From an uncultured delta proteobacterium (GTDB taxonomy: Bacteria; Myxococcota; Myxococcia; SLRQ01): 64,000 bases of DNA. This document shows, piece by piece, positions 1 through 10,381 of this stretch. The position numbers and the translations under genes are program-made. The stretch spans positions 23,930-87,929 of the forward strand of contig CAVSGM010000004.1 in the NCBI GenBank assembly GCA_963727485.1, written 5' to 3'. How positions within the stretch are numbered: the stretch's first letter is position 1; each line of letters opens with the position of its first letter. Below the pieces are notes generated by a model. The model searched no databases. It saw only the letters and a program-made list of their open reading frames with translations, and was not told where the DNA came from.

Positions 1-82
1 CCCAGGTGGTCGCGGGAAAGAACCCGGCGCTCTCGAGCCCCATCGTGGTCTCCCAGACCACCGACGGGTGCAACCCGACGCT

Positions 83-466
83 CTAGGCGTCGGCGTCGAG
101 GGCGGCGACCAGCTTCTCGATGGCGTCGCGGGCCTCGGCCTTCAGCTCGGTGAACCGGACGCCCATCCCCGGCTCGCCTTCGTCGCCGACGTTGACCACC
201 ACGCCCCTGACCTCGATCTCGCCGCCGTCGGGGGCGTCGAAGCGCAGGTTGACCACCGTGCCCACGGGCAGGGGGATCGGCGCCGCCACGAAGACGCCAC
301 CGGCGGAGAGGTCCGCCGCCTGGTCGAAGTAGGTGGCGTCGCCGTCCGAGGCCTCGGCCCAGAGGTGGACGGGGATGCGGTGCCAGCGCCGCCGGTCGCC
401 GAGGCGGCGATCGACGTCGACGGCGACCTGCTGCTGCCGGCGATCCTTGGAGCGGGTGTCGGTCAT
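83..466 (-). CDS. PilZ domain protein (myxobacterial type)
   Basis: RRRWHRIPV (RxxxR) and DLSAGGVF (D/NxSxxG) motifs, GMGVRF C-terminal strand. Confidence 0.85.
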   Translation of the reverse strand: MTDTRSKDRRQQQVAVDVDRRLGDRRRWHRIPVHLWAEASDGDATYFDQAADLSAGGVFVAAPIPLPVGTVVNLRFDAPDGGEIEVRGVVVNVGDEGEPGMGVRFTELKAEARDAIEKLVAALDADA

Positions 467-595
467 GACCTGGGTCAGTGTGCCCTGCCCGGCGCCGGAA
501 CGGAAGGGCCCGGTGCCCGGCGGGGCCTGGCGTAAGGCGGGTGGTGGGCTCCCCTCGGGTCCCGGTGTCGGCCCGCGGGGCTATGGTGTGTCGTC

Positions 596-3500
596 ATGGT
601 CCTCGACGCCTTCCATCCCGCCGTGGCCCGGTGGTTCCAGGCCCACCTGGGGACGCCCACCGAGCCCCAGGCCCGGGGCTGGCCCGAGATCCGCGCCGGG
701 CGCCACGCGTTGGTCGCCGCGCCCACCGGCTCGGGGAAGACCCTGGCGGCGTTCCTGGTGGCCATCGACGACCTCCTGCGTGAGGGCCTGGCCAGCGGCG
801 GCCTCCCCGACGAGGGCCGGGTCCTCTACGTCTCGCCCCTGAAGGCCCTGGCGAGCGACGTCCACCAGAACCTCCAGGTGCCCCTCGAGGGCATCGACGC
901 CGAGCTCCGGGCCGAGGGCATCGCCCCGCCGGGCATCCGGGTGGGGGTCCGCCACGGGGACACGCCCCAGCGCGAGCGCGCCGCCATGGCGAAGCGTCCG
1001 CCCCACGTCGTGGTGACCACCCCCGAGTCCCTCTACCTGATGCTCACCAGCGACGGGGGCCGGGGCATCCTCCGGACGGTGCGCACGGTCATCGTCGACG
1101 AGATCCACGCCGTCGCCGGGACCAAGCGGGGGGCGCACCTGGCCCTCTCGCTGGCGCGCCTCGACGCCCTGACGGGCACCCCGGCGCGGCGCATCGGCCT
1201 CTCGGCCACCGTGGCGCCCATCGACGAGGTGGCGCGGCTGCTGGTGGGCACCCGGGCGGTGGACGACCGGGGGCGTCCCGACTGCGCCATCGTCGAGACC
1301 GGCCGCCGCCGGCGCTTCGAGCTCTCGGTGGAGGTCCCGCGCTCGCCCCTCGAGGGGCTGATGTCGAACGAGGTCTGGGAGGAGATCTACGATCGCATCG
1401 CGAAGCTGGTGCGCGGCCGGCGGACCACCCTGGTGTTCGTGAACACCCGGCGCCTCGCCGAGCGGGTGGCCCGGCACCTGGGCGAGCGGCTGGGGCCCGA
1501 GGCGGTGGCGGCGCACCACGGGAGCCTCGCCCGGCCCCAGCGCCAGGACGCCGAGGCCCGGCTCAAGGCGGGCCGGCTGAAGGTCCTGGTGGCCACCGCC
1601 TCCCTGGAGCTGGGCATCGACATCGGCTCGGTGGACCTGGTGTGCCAGATCGGCGCGCCCCGGACCATCTCGTCGCTCCTCCAGCGCGTGGGCCGGGCCC
1701 GGCACCAGGTCGGCGGCACCCCCGAGGGGCGCATCTTCCCCCTCTCGCGCGACGACCTGGTCGTCGCCGCGGCCCTGGTCGACGCGGCCCGGCGCGGCGA
1801 GGTCGACCGGCTGCTGCCGCCGCCGGCGCCCCTGGACATCCTGGCCCAGCAGGTGGTGGCCCTGGTGAGCGGCGAGGAGGTGGAGACGGCGGCGCTCCTG
1901 GCGCTGGTGCGCTCGGCGTGGCCCTACCATGGGCTCACCGGGGCCGACCTCGACGCGGTCCTCAAGATGCTCGCCGAGGGCTTCGCCACCCGGCGCGGCC
2001 GGCGCGGGGCGCTCCTCCACCTCGACCAGGTGCACGGGCGGCTCCGGGCCCGGCGGGGGGCCCGGCTCGCGGCCTTGTCCAGCGGCGGCGCCATCCCCGA
2101 CACCGCCGACTACGACGTCGTCCTCGAGCCCTCCGGGGAGCGCATCGGCTCGGTGAACGAGGACTTCGCGGTGGAGAGCCTCGCCGGGGACGTCTTCCAG
2201 CTCGGCAACGCCTCCTGGCGCATCCTGCGGATCGAGACCGGGCGGGTGCGGGTCGCCGACGCCGCCGGCGAGCCCCCGAACATCCCCTTCTGGATCGGCG
2301 AGGCCCCGGCCCGGTCGGCGGAGCTCTCCGAGGCCGTCTCCCGGGTGCGGGCCGAGGTGGCGGCGCGGGTCACCGGCGGGGGCGTCGCCGGCGCGGCGGC
2401 CTGGCTCACCTTCGAGCTCGGCCTCCCCGAGGCGGCGGCGACCCAGCTCGCCGAGTACCTCGCCGCGGGGATGGCCGCCCTGGGCGCCATGCCCACCACC
2501 GGCACCCTGGTCCTCGAGCGCTTCTTCGACCAGGTGGGCGACATGCACCTGGTGGTCCACGCGCCGCTGGGCAGCCGCCTCAACCGGGCCCTGGGGCTCT
2601 CCCTGCGCAAGCGCTTCTGCCAGCGCTTCAACTTCGAGCTCCAGGCGGCGGCCACCGACGACGCGGTGCTCCTCTCGCTCGGGCCCACCCACAGCTTCCC
2701 CCTCGCCGACGTCTTCGGCTACCTCAACGCGGGGACCGTCCGCGAGGTGCTGGTCCAGGCCCTCCTCGACGCGCCCATGTTCGGGGTGCGCTGGCGGTGG
2801 AACGCCACCCGGGCCCTGGCGGTGCCGAGGCGCCTCGGGGGCAAGCGGATGGCGCCCCAAATCCAGCGGATGCAGGCCGAGGACCTCCTCTCGGTGGTCT
2901 TCCCGGACCAGCTCGCGTGCCTGGAGAACGTGGTCGGGCGGCGCGAGGTCCCCGACCACCCCCTGGTCGACGAGACCCTGCGCGACTGCCTCACCGAGGT
3001 CATGGACGTGGACGGGCTGGAGCAGCTCCTCCGGGACGTGGCGGCCGGGAAGCTGGAGCTGGTGGCGAGGGACCTCAAGGCCCCCTCGCCCTTCGCCGCC
3101 GAGATCCTGGTGGCCCGGCCCTACGCCTACCTCGACGACGCCCCGGCCGAGGAGCGGCGGACCCAGGCCGTCACCCGCCGGCGCTTCGCCGATCCCTCGG
3201 ACCTCGCCGAGCTCGGGGCCCTGGACGCCGGGGCCATCGACCGGGTCCGCGCCGACGCCTGGCCGCTGGTGCGCGACGCCGACGAGCTCCACGACGCCCT
3301 GATGCTCCTCGGGTTCCTGACCGCCGGGGAGGGCCGCGCCGGGGGGCACGAGGGCCGCTTCGCCGAGCTTGTGGCCGAGGGGCGGGCGACGGTCCTCGAG
3401 GGGCCGGTGCCCTGGTGGGTCGCCGCCGAGCGCCTCGCCGAGGCCCGGGCGGTGTGGCCCCAGGCGGCCGTCTCGCCTCCCCTCGCCCTGCCCCCGGCCC

Positions 3501-4864
3501 TCCGCGGCGTCGCCGACGACCGGGACGCGGCGGTGGTCGAGCTCCTCCGGGGGCGCCTCGAGTCCCTGGGGCCGGTGACCGCGCCGGCGCTGGCCCGGTC
3601 CTCGGGGCTCCCGGCCGCCGACGTGGCCGCGGCCCTGGCGATGCTCGAGGCCGAGGGCTTCGTCCTCCAGGGGCGGTTCACCCCGGGCGAGGCCGAGACC
3701 GAGTGGTGCGAGCGGCGGCTCCTGGCGCGGATCCACCAGGAGACCCTGGGGCGGCTCCGGCGCGAGATCGCCCCGGTGACCACCGCCACCTACCTGCGCT
3801 TCCTCTTTGCCTGGCAGCACGTCACGCCCGAGGCGCGCCTCGAGGGCCCCGAGGGCCTCGCCGCGGCCCTGGCCCAGCTCGAGGGGGTCGAGGCCCCGGC
3901 CGCCGCCTGGGAAGGGTCGATCCTCCCGGCGCGCCTCGCCCACTACGACCCCACCTGGCTCGACGGGCTCTGTCTGTCGGGGCAGACGGTGTGGACCCGG
4001 CTGGTCCCGGGGACGGCCTCGGGCACGGTGCGCACCACGCCCCTGGCCCTGCTCCCCCGGGGGCGCCTGGGGCTGTGGCGCCAGGCCGGCGGGGCCGAGG
4101 GCCTCTCGGCGGCGGCCACCGCGGTCCTCGCCGCCCTCACCGGCGGCGGCGCCCTCTTCTTCGCCGACCTGCTCCCGGCGACCGGGCTCCTGCGGGCCCA
4201 GGTCGAGGACGCCCTCGGCGAGCTGGTGGCCCGGGGGCTCGTCACCGCCGACGGGTTCACCGGCCTGCGCGCCCTCATCGCCCCGGCCCACAAGAAGCGC
4301 AGCGGCCGGGCCCGGCGCCGGGCCGGGGCGCCCACGGGCCTCGACCTCGCCGGGCGGTGGAGCCGCCTCCCGGAGATCACGGCGGACGACGCGCCGTCCT
4401 GGGACGAGGTGGAGGCGGTGGCCCGGGTGCTCCTGCGCCGCTTCGGGGTGGTGGTCCGCCAGGCCCTCGCCCGGGAGACCGCCCTGCCCCCCTGGCGGAT
4501 GCTCGTCCGCGTGCTCCGCCGCCTCGAGGCGCGGGGCGAGCTCCGCGGCGGCCGCTTCGTCGAGGGCCACGGCGGCGAGCAGTTCGCGCTGCCCGAGGCG
4601 GTGGCGCTCCTCCGGGACCTGCGCCGCCAGGAGCCGGGCGGCGCCCTGGTCACCGTCGGGACCGCCGACCCCCTCAACCTGGTGGGCATCCTCACCCCGG
4701 GGGCCCGGGTGACGGCGGGGCCCGGGCGCCGGGTGGCGTTCCGGGACGGGGTGCCGGTGGCCATGCTCGACGGCCGCGAGGTGCGCTACCTGGGCGCCGT
4801 GCCCCCGGCCGAGCGCGACCGGGTCCGGGGCGCCCTGCGGGGCGTCGGTCTGGCCGCCGGGTGA
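596..4864 (+). CDS. lhr: Lhr-family ATP-dependent DEAD/DEAH helicase with extended C-terminal region
   Basis: APTGSGKT Walker A, DEIH, HHGSL, SLELGIDIG, QRVGRARH; C-terminal RGGRFV..GGEQFALPE; 1422 aa. Confidence 0.92.
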   Translation: MVLDAFHPAVARWFQAHLGTPTEPQARGWPEIRAGRHALVAAPTGSGKTLAAFLVAIDDLLREGLASGGLPDEGRVLYVSPLKALASDVHQNLQVPLEGIDAELRAEGIAPPGIRVGVRHGDTPQRERAAMAKRPPHVVVTTPESLYLMLTSDGGRGILRTVRTVIVDEIHAVAGTKRGAHLALSLARLDALTGTPARRIGLSATVAPIDEVARLLVGTRAVDDRGRPDCAIVETGRRRRFELSVEVPRSPLEGLMSNEVWEEIYDRIAKLVRGRRTTLVFVNTRRLAERVARHLGERLGPEAVAAHHGSLARPQRQDAEARLKAGRLKVLVATASLELGIDIGSVDLVCQIGAPRTISSLLQRVGRARHQVGGTPEGRIFPLSRDDLVVAAALVDAARRGEVDRLLPPPAPLDILAQQVVALVSGEEVETAALLALVRSAWPYHGLTGADLDAVLKMLAEGFATRRGRRGALLHLDQVHGRLRARRGARLAALSSGGAIPDTADYDVVLEPSGERIGSVNEDFAVESLAGDVFQLGNASWRILRIETGRVRVADAAGEPPNIPFWIGEAPARSAELSEAVSRVRAEVAARVTGGGVAGAAAWLTFELGLPEAAATQLAEYLAAGMAALGAMPTTGTLVLERFFDQVGDMHLVVHAPLGSRLNRALGLSLRKRFCQRFNFELQAAATDDAVLLSLGPTHSFPLADVFGYLNAGTVREVLVQALLDAPMFGVRWRWNATRALAVPRRLGGKRMAPQIQRMQAEDLLSVVFPDQLACLENVVGRREVPDHPLVDETLRDCLTEVMDVDGLEQLLRDVAAGKLELVARDLKAPSPFAAEILVARPYAYLDDAPAEERRTQAVTRRRFADPSDLAELGALDAGAIDRVRADAWPLVRDADELHDALMLLGFLTAGEGRAGGHEGRFAELVAEGRATVLEGPVPWWVAAERLAEARAVWPQAAVSPPLALPPALRGVADDRDAAVVELLRGRLESLGPVTAPALARSSGLPAADVAAALAMLEAEGFVLQGRFTPGEAETEWCERRLLARIHQETLGRLRREIAPVTTATYLRFLFAWQHVTPEARLEGPEGLAAALAQLEGVEAPAAAWEGSILPARLAHYDPTWLDGLCLSGQTVWTRLVPGTASGTVRTTPLALLPRGRLGLWRQAGGAEGLSAAATAVLAALTGGGALFFADLLPATGLLRAQVEDALGELVARGLVTADGFTGLRALIAPAHKKRSGRARRRAGAPTGLDLAGRWSRLPEITADDAPSWDEVEAVARVLLRRFGVVVRQALARETALPPWRMLVRVLRRLEARGELRGGRFVEGHGGEQFALPEAVALLRDLRRQEPGGALVTVGTADPLNLVGILTPGARVTAGPGRRVAFRDGVPVAMLDGREVRYLGAVPPAERDRVRGALRGVGLAAG

Positions 4865-5029
4865 GCCGGGCGGCTCCGGGCCGCCGTGGCGGCGCCGCCC
4901 CTTAGGGCCTAGACTTGCATCCCAGCGCGGTGCGATCGGCTCCCGTGGGTCCTGGCCATCCGCATCCGGCCGGGCCTGGCCAGATCGCGTTGACGCGCAA
5001 CGACTGACGGGCACCGACGCCGGGGGATC

Positions 5030-8000
5030 ATGATTGACGCTGAACTGGAGGGCCCCGAGCGGCCGTCGGCTACCTTCCCCGTGGTGGGCATTGGCGCCTC
5101 CGCCGGGGGTCTCGCGGCCTTCGAGGCCTTCCTCTCCGCCGTCCCGGCCGACGTCGCCCCGACGATGGCCTTCGTCCTGGTGCAGCACCTGGCTCCGGAC
5201 CACAAGAGCCTCCTCACGGAGCTCGTCCGCCGCCACACCCGCATGACCGTCTTCGAGGTCGAGGACGGGATGACGGTGCAACCCGGGTGCGCGTACATCA
5301 TCCCCCCGGGCCGCGACATGGCCCTCCTGCACGGTGCCCTCCAGCTCCTCGAGCCCTCGGCGCCCCGGGGACAGCGTCTGCCCATCGACTTCTTCTTCCG
5401 CTCCCTGGCCCAGGACCAGCACGAGCGCGCCATCGGCATCGTCCTCTCGGGCACCGGCAGCGACGGGGCCCAGGGCATCCGCGCCATCAAGGGCGAGGGC
5501 GGCATGGTCATGGCCCAGGACCCGGCCACCACCGAGTTCGACGGCATGCCCCGCAGCGCCATCGCCACCGGCCTGGTCGACTACGTCCTGCCCCCCTCCG
5601 AGATGCCCCCCCGGCTCCTCGCCTACGCCGGCCAGGCCTTCCGCCGGCACCTCGGCCCCGTCTCCGCGCCGGCCGCCTCGACCGGCAGCATCCTGCGGAA
5701 GATCTTCGTCCTCCTCCGCGCCCAGACCGGCCACGACTTCTCCCAGTACAAGCCGAGCACCATCCACCGGCGCATCGAGCGTCGCATGGCGCTCAAGCAG
5801 ATCGAGACCCTCGAGGGCTACCTCAAGTACCTGCACCAGACCCCGGCGGAGGTCGACGCGCTCTTCGCCGACCTGCTCATCGGCGTCACCAGCTTCTTTC
5901 GCGATCCCGAGGCCTTCGGGGCCCTCGAAACCGAGGTCATCCCCAGGCTCTTCGAGAACCGATCCTCCGGCAGCACCATCCGGGTGTGGGTCCCGGGCTG
6001 CTCCACCGGCGAGGAGGCCTACGCCATCGGCATCCTCCTCGCGGAGCACATCCAGAAGCACCGTCTCGCCTGCAAGCTCCAGGTCTTCGCCACCGACATC
6101 GACGCCGGGGCCATCGCCACGGCGCGGGCCGGGGTCTACCCCGCCGGCATCGCCGCCGACGTCCCCGCCGAGCGCCTGGCGCAGTTCTTCACCGAGGAGC
6201 CCGGCGGTGGCGCCTACCGCGTGCGCCAGAGCCTCCGCGACCTCCTGGTGTTCTCCGAGCAGGACCTCCTCCGGGATCCTCCCTTCTCCCGGATCGACCT
6301 CGTCAGCTGCCGCAACCTCCTCATCTACCTCTCCGGCGAGGTGCAGCAGCAGGTCATCCCCCTCTTCCACTACGCCCTGAACCCGGGGGGCTTCCTCTTC
6401 CTCGGGACCTCGGAGACCATCGGCGAGTTCGGCGGGCTCTTCTCGACGGTCGACCGCACGTGGAAGCTGTTTCAGCGCCGGGAGCACTCCCAGCGGGTCC
6501 TCCCCGGCGCCCTGGCGCAGCGGCCCGCCTGGTCGGTGGCGTCCGGCTCCGACACCCCCCGCCGCCTGGGACGGGCGGGATCGGCGGAGCGGATTCCCCT
6601 CCGGGAGGTGACCGAGCAGGCCCTCCTCCGGCACGTGACCGCGGTCGGGGCCCTGGTGAACGCCCAGGGCACCATCCTCTACCTCCACGGCCGCACCGGC
6701 CACTACCTCGAGCCCACCCCGGGCGAGGCGGAGGCCCCGAACATCCTGAAGATGGCGCGCCGGGGGCTTCGCCGGGAGCTGGCCACCGCCCTCCACAAGG
6801 CGCAGACGGCCCGGGAGGTGGTGCGCAGCCCGGACCTGCGGGTGAAGACCAACGGCGACTACACCCGGGTCGACCTCACCGTCCGGCCGGTCGCGGCCGG
6901 CACCGAGTTCGCCCCTGAGGCGCTCTCCTATCTCGTGATCCTCGAGGAGGCCCCGGAGAGGATCCCCGAGCCCGGGGGTGCGGAGGCCGTCGCCGCGGTC
7001 CCCGAGGGCAGCGAGACCGCGCGCATCGCCGCGCTCCGCGAGGACCTGCGGGCCAAGGAGGAGTACCTCCAGACCACCATCGAGGAGCTCGAGACCTCCA
7101 ACGAGGAGCTGCGGTCCTCGAACGAGGAGATGCAGTCGATGAACGAGGAGTTCCAGTCGGCCAACGAGGAGCTGGAGACCTCGAAGGAGGAGCTCCAGGC
7201 GGTCAACGAGGAGCTGGCCACCGTGAACGCCGAGCTCCAGACCAAGGTGACCGACCTGTCCCAGGCGAACAACGACATGAACAACCTGCTCGCCGGGACC
7301 GGCATCGGCACGGTGTTCGTGGACCACCAGCTGCGCATCGTGCGGTTCACCCCCGCGGTCACCCGGATCATCAACCTCATCCCCAGCGACCTGGGGAGGC
7401 CGGTGGGGCACATCGTCGCCAACCTCTCGGGCTACGACGCCCTGGTGGCGGACACCCGGGAGGTGCTCGCCAACCTCATCCCCAAGGAGATCGACGTGCG
7501 GACCACCGAGGGGCGGTGGTTCACCATGCGCATCCAGCCCTACCGCACCCTGGACAACGTCATCGAGGGCGCGGTGATCACCTTCGTCGACGTGACCGAG
7601 GTCAAGGCGACCAAGGCCGCCCTCGAGCGCAGCGAGACCCTGCTGCGGACGACCCAGGCGTTGACCCACGTCGGCGGTTGGGAGTGGAACGTGGAGAGCG
7701 GCACCATGTACTGGACCGCCGAGGTCTATCGCCTCCACGATCTGGCGCCGGACGCGGTGCTCAACGACGCCGAGCGCATGGCCCGGAGCCTGGAAGGCTT
7801 CGCGCCCGAGGACCGGCCGGCGGTCGAGGCGGCGTTCCAGCGCTGCCTCGAGGCGGGCGTGCCCTACGACCTGGCGCTCCCCTTCACCACCAGCAGGGGG
7901 CGACGGCTGCAGATGCGGGTAGCCGCGGAGCCGGTCTGGGAGGACGGGAAGGTGGCCCACGTGGTGGGCTTCTTCATGGACCTCACCGGCCACGAACCCC

Positions 8001-8047
8001 CGAGCCGGACCGCGCTGCGGGCGGTCCCCGACGGGAACGCGTCATGA
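5030..8047 (+). CDS. CheB methylesterase-CheR methyltransferase fusion with coiled coil and PAS domains
   Basis: GASAGG/VQHL/GSDG CheB triad motifs; VTSFFRD, GCSTGEEAY, CRNLLIY CheR motifs; NEEL heptad repeats; PAS regions. Confidence 0.92.
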   Translation: MIDAELEGPERPSATFPVVGIGASAGGLAAFEAFLSAVPADVAPTMAFVLVQHLAPDHKSLLTELVRRHTRMTVFEVEDGMTVQPGCAYIIPPGRDMALLHGALQLLEPSAPRGQRLPIDFFFRSLAQDQHERAIGIVLSGTGSDGAQGIRAIKGEGGMVMAQDPATTEFDGMPRSAIATGLVDYVLPPSEMPPRLLAYAGQAFRRHLGPVSAPAASTGSILRKIFVLLRAQTGHDFSQYKPSTIHRRIERRMALKQIETLEGYLKYLHQTPAEVDALFADLLIGVTSFFRDPEAFGALETEVIPRLFENRSSGSTIRVWVPGCSTGEEAYAIGILLAEHIQKHRLACKLQVFATDIDAGAIATARAGVYPAGIAADVPAERLAQFFTEEPGGGAYRVRQSLRDLLVFSEQDLLRDPPFSRIDLVSCRNLLIYLSGEVQQQVIPLFHYALNPGGFLFLGTSETIGEFGGLFSTVDRTWKLFQRREHSQRVLPGALAQRPAWSVASGSDTPRRLGRAGSAERIPLREVTEQALLRHVTAVGALVNAQGTILYLHGRTGHYLEPTPGEAEAPNILKMARRGLRRELATALHKAQTAREVVRSPDLRVKTNGDYTRVDLTVRPVAAGTEFAPEALSYLVILEEAPERIPEPGGAEAVAAVPEGSETARIAALREDLRAKEEYLQTTIEELETSNEELRSSNEEMQSMNEEFQSANEELETSKEELQAVNEELATVNAELQTKVTDLSQANNDMNNLLAGTGIGTVFVDHQLRIVRFTPAVTRIINLIPSDLGRPVGHIVANLSGYDALVADTREVLANLIPKEIDVRTTEGRWFTMRIQPYRTLDNVIEGAVITFVDVTEVKATKAALERSETLLRTTQALTHVGGWEWNVESGTMYWTAEVYRLHDLAPDAVLNDAERMARSLEGFAPEDRPAVEAAFQRCLEAGVPYDLALPFTTSRGRRLQMRVAAEPVWEDGKVAHVVGFFMDLTGHEPPSRTALRAVPDGNAS

Positions 8048-9768
8048 GCGTCAGACCCAATCCACCGACCTCGGCCGCCGAGCTGCGCCAACGGGCCGAG
8101 GCCCGGGTGCAGGAGGGGGCTTCGAGCGCGCCGGAACGGCCGGAGACGCTGTCGCCCGAGGCCGTACGCCGCGCCTTCCATGAGCTCGGGGTGCACGAGA
8201 TCGAGCTGGAGATGCAGAACGAGGAGCTGCGCCGGGTGCAGGCGGAGCTCGACGCCGCCCGGGCGCGGTACTTCGATCTCTACGACCTGGCGCCGGTGGG
8301 CTACTGCACCCTGGACGCCGAGGGCACCATCCGCGAGGCCAACCTCACCGCCGCGACCCTCCTCGGGGTGCCCCGGCCGGACCTGCCGGGGGCGCCGCTC
8401 TCCCGCTTCGTCCTCCCGGCGGACCAGGACGCCTGGTACCTCCACCGCCGGCTGCTCCTGGAGACCGGCGAGCCCCAGGCCTTCGAGGCCCGGATGATCA
8501 GGCCCGAGGGCGAGCCGGTGTGGGTGTGGCTCTCCGGGGCCATCCGCGCGTCGGAGGGCGACGCCGGGCCGGTCATCCGGCTGGCCCTCATGGACATCAG
8601 CCGGCGGAAGGCGGCTGAGGCCAAGGAGCAGGCGCTGCGGGCGCAGCTCGACCAGGCGGAGCGCCTGGAGGCCATCGGCACCCTCGCCGGGGGCGTGGCC
8701 CACGACTTCAACAACATCCTCGCCGGAATCCTGGGCTGGCTCTCGGTCCTCGAGCTCGGTCCCGGGAGCGCGGAGGCGACCCAGGAGGACATCCGGGAGG
8801 TCAAGGGCCTGGTGGAGCGCGGGGCGGTGTTGGCCAAGCAGCTGCTGGGCTTCGCCCGGCGCGGCAAGTACGACGTCCGCCCCCTCGACCTGGCAAAGGT
8901 GGCCGCGGAGACCGGCACCCTCTTCGGCCGCACCCGCCCCGACGTGGCCCTCGACCTGGACCTGCCGCCGGGGCTCCCGCCGGTGCTGATGGACCACGTG
9001 CAGCTCGAGCAGGTGCTCTTGAACCTCTTCGTCAACGCCGGGCAGGCGATGCCCGATGGCGGGCGGATCCGGGTGACGGCGGAGCCGGTGTCCCTCGAGG
9101 CCGCGACCGCCGGGAACGCGGAGGTGGGCCCGGGCCGGTACCTGCGCCTGCGGGTCACGGACTCCGGCGCCGGGATGGATGCCACCACCCGGGCGCGGAT
9201 CTTCGAGCCCTTCTTCACCACCAAGGGCATGGGCAAGGGCACGGGCCTGGGGCTGGCGTCGGTCTACGGGATCGTGAAGAACCACGGCGGCGCCATCGAG
9301 GTGGAGAGCGCCCCGGGCCAGGGCACCACCTTCACCCTGCTCCTCCCCACGGCGGTGGAGGCGGCGCCCCGGGCGGCTCCGGCGGCGGAGAACCCGAGGA
9401 GCCCGGGCCGGGGCACCCTCCTGGTGGTCGACGACGAGTCCGCGGTCCTGCGGATGAACGCCCGCCTCCTCGAGGGGCTGGGCTACGTGGTCCTCACCGC
9501 CTCCGGGGGTCGCGAGGCGGTGGAGCTGGTGCGCCAGCATGGCACCGCCATCTCCCTGGTGATCCTCGACATGACCATGCCCGAGATGAGCGGGAGCCAG
9601 ACCTTCGACGCCCTCCGCGACCTCAACCCGGACCTCAAGGTCCTCCTCGCCAGCGGCTACAGTGTCCAGGGCAAGGCGCAGCAGATCCTCGACCGGGGCT
9701 GCAACGGCTTCATCCAGAAGCCCTTCGACACCACGACCCTCTCGGCGAAGCTCGCCGAGATCCTCTAG
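8044..9768 (+). CDS. PAS-containing hybrid sensor histidine kinase/response regulator
   Basis: ATG at 8044 overlaps upstream stop (ATGA); H-box GVAHDFNN, N-box NLFVNA, FFTTK..GTGLGL, C-terminal receiver (VVDD, LDMTMP, KPF). Confidence 0.92.
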   Translation: MSVRPNPPTSAAELRQRAEARVQEGASSAPERPETLSPEAVRRAFHELGVHEIELEMQNEELRRVQAELDAARARYFDLYDLAPVGYCTLDAEGTIREANLTAATLLGVPRPDLPGAPLSRFVLPADQDAWYLHRRLLLETGEPQAFEARMIRPEGEPVWVWLSGAIRASEGDAGPVIRLALMDISRRKAAEAKEQALRAQLDQAERLEAIGTLAGGVAHDFNNILAGILGWLSVLELGPGSAEATQEDIREVKGLVERGAVLAKQLLGFARRGKYDVRPLDLAKVAAETGTLFGRTRPDVALDLDLPPGLPPVLMDHVQLEQVLLNLFVNAGQAMPDGGRIRVTAEPVSLEAATAGNAEVGPGRYLRLRVTDSGAGMDATTRARIFEPFFTTKGMGKGTGLGLASVYGIVKNHGGAIEVESAPGQGTTFTLLLPTAVEAAPRAAPAAENPRSPGRGTLLVVDDESAVLRMNARLLEGLGYVVLTASGGREAVELVRQHGTAISLVILDMTMPEMSGSQTFDALRDLNPDLKVLLASGYSVQGKAQQILDRGCNGFIQKPFDTTTLSAKLAEIL

Positions 9769-9847
9769 CGCCCCGAGCCGGCCGGCGGCCCCGGGTGGGC
9801 GCCACGGCCCCCTTGCGTTCCGCCCCCCGAGGCGCCACCCTCTGCCC

Positions 9848-10243
9848 GTGTTCCGCGACGACTACATCGAGCGCCTCATCGACCAGATCGCCACCCTCCT
9901 GGCCGACATGGCGGGGTTCCAGCGCAGCGGCGACGATCGGGGCGTCCTCGACGAGGCCGACCGGGGCTACGCCATGCTCCTCGGGCCCCAGCGCCAGTTC
10001 CTGGACATGGTCGATGGCGCCTCGCTGGCCTCGCTCATGGGCGGCGACCCCCGGCGGACCCGGGCCCTGGCCCAGGTGGTCCACCGGGAGGCGAAGGCGC
10101 GCGAGTCCCTCGGCGACACGGGCAAGGCCCGCCGGCGCTACCAGCAGGCGCTCGATCTCTACGGGAAGACCGGCGAGGCCCGGGAGCCCGAGGACGACGC
10201 GGCCATGGACGAGATCCGGCTCTGGCTGGGCCGGGCGTCCTGA
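9848..10243 (+). CDS. small helical hypothetical protein (TPR-like; DUF6483-like N-terminus)
   Basis: GTG start, FRDDYIERLIDQIA N-terminus, GC3-rich codon use. Confidence 0.6.
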   Translation: MFRDDYIERLIDQIATLLADMAGFQRSGDDRGVLDEADRGYAMLLGPQRQFLDMVDGASLASLMGGDPRRTRALAQVVHREAKARESLGDTGKARRRYQQALDLYGKTGEAREPEDDAAMDEIRLWLGRAS

Positions 10244-10381
10244 CGGTCGGCGGCCGGCTCCGGTTGATCCGCCGATCCCCGCGCCTAGCCTGTCGGCAAT
10301 CACGTCCGGGGGGTCTGGCGCGGGGGCAGGCGCCGCCGGCGAGCGCGGTCGCGGGGAGGCGGCCGCAAGGGGGACGCCGAG

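Noticed and set aside
596..4864. Lhr helicase as an anti-phage defence system
   Set aside because: Typical housekeeping-type Lhr with host-like codon use and no partner defence genes nearby
581..7993. 2470-aa minus-strand ORF and other long antisense ORFs (e.g. 34341-37631, 37903-40248, 45431-47815, 56593-58965)
   Set aside because: Shadow frames of well-supported genes on the opposite strand; expected at very high GC3; no motifs
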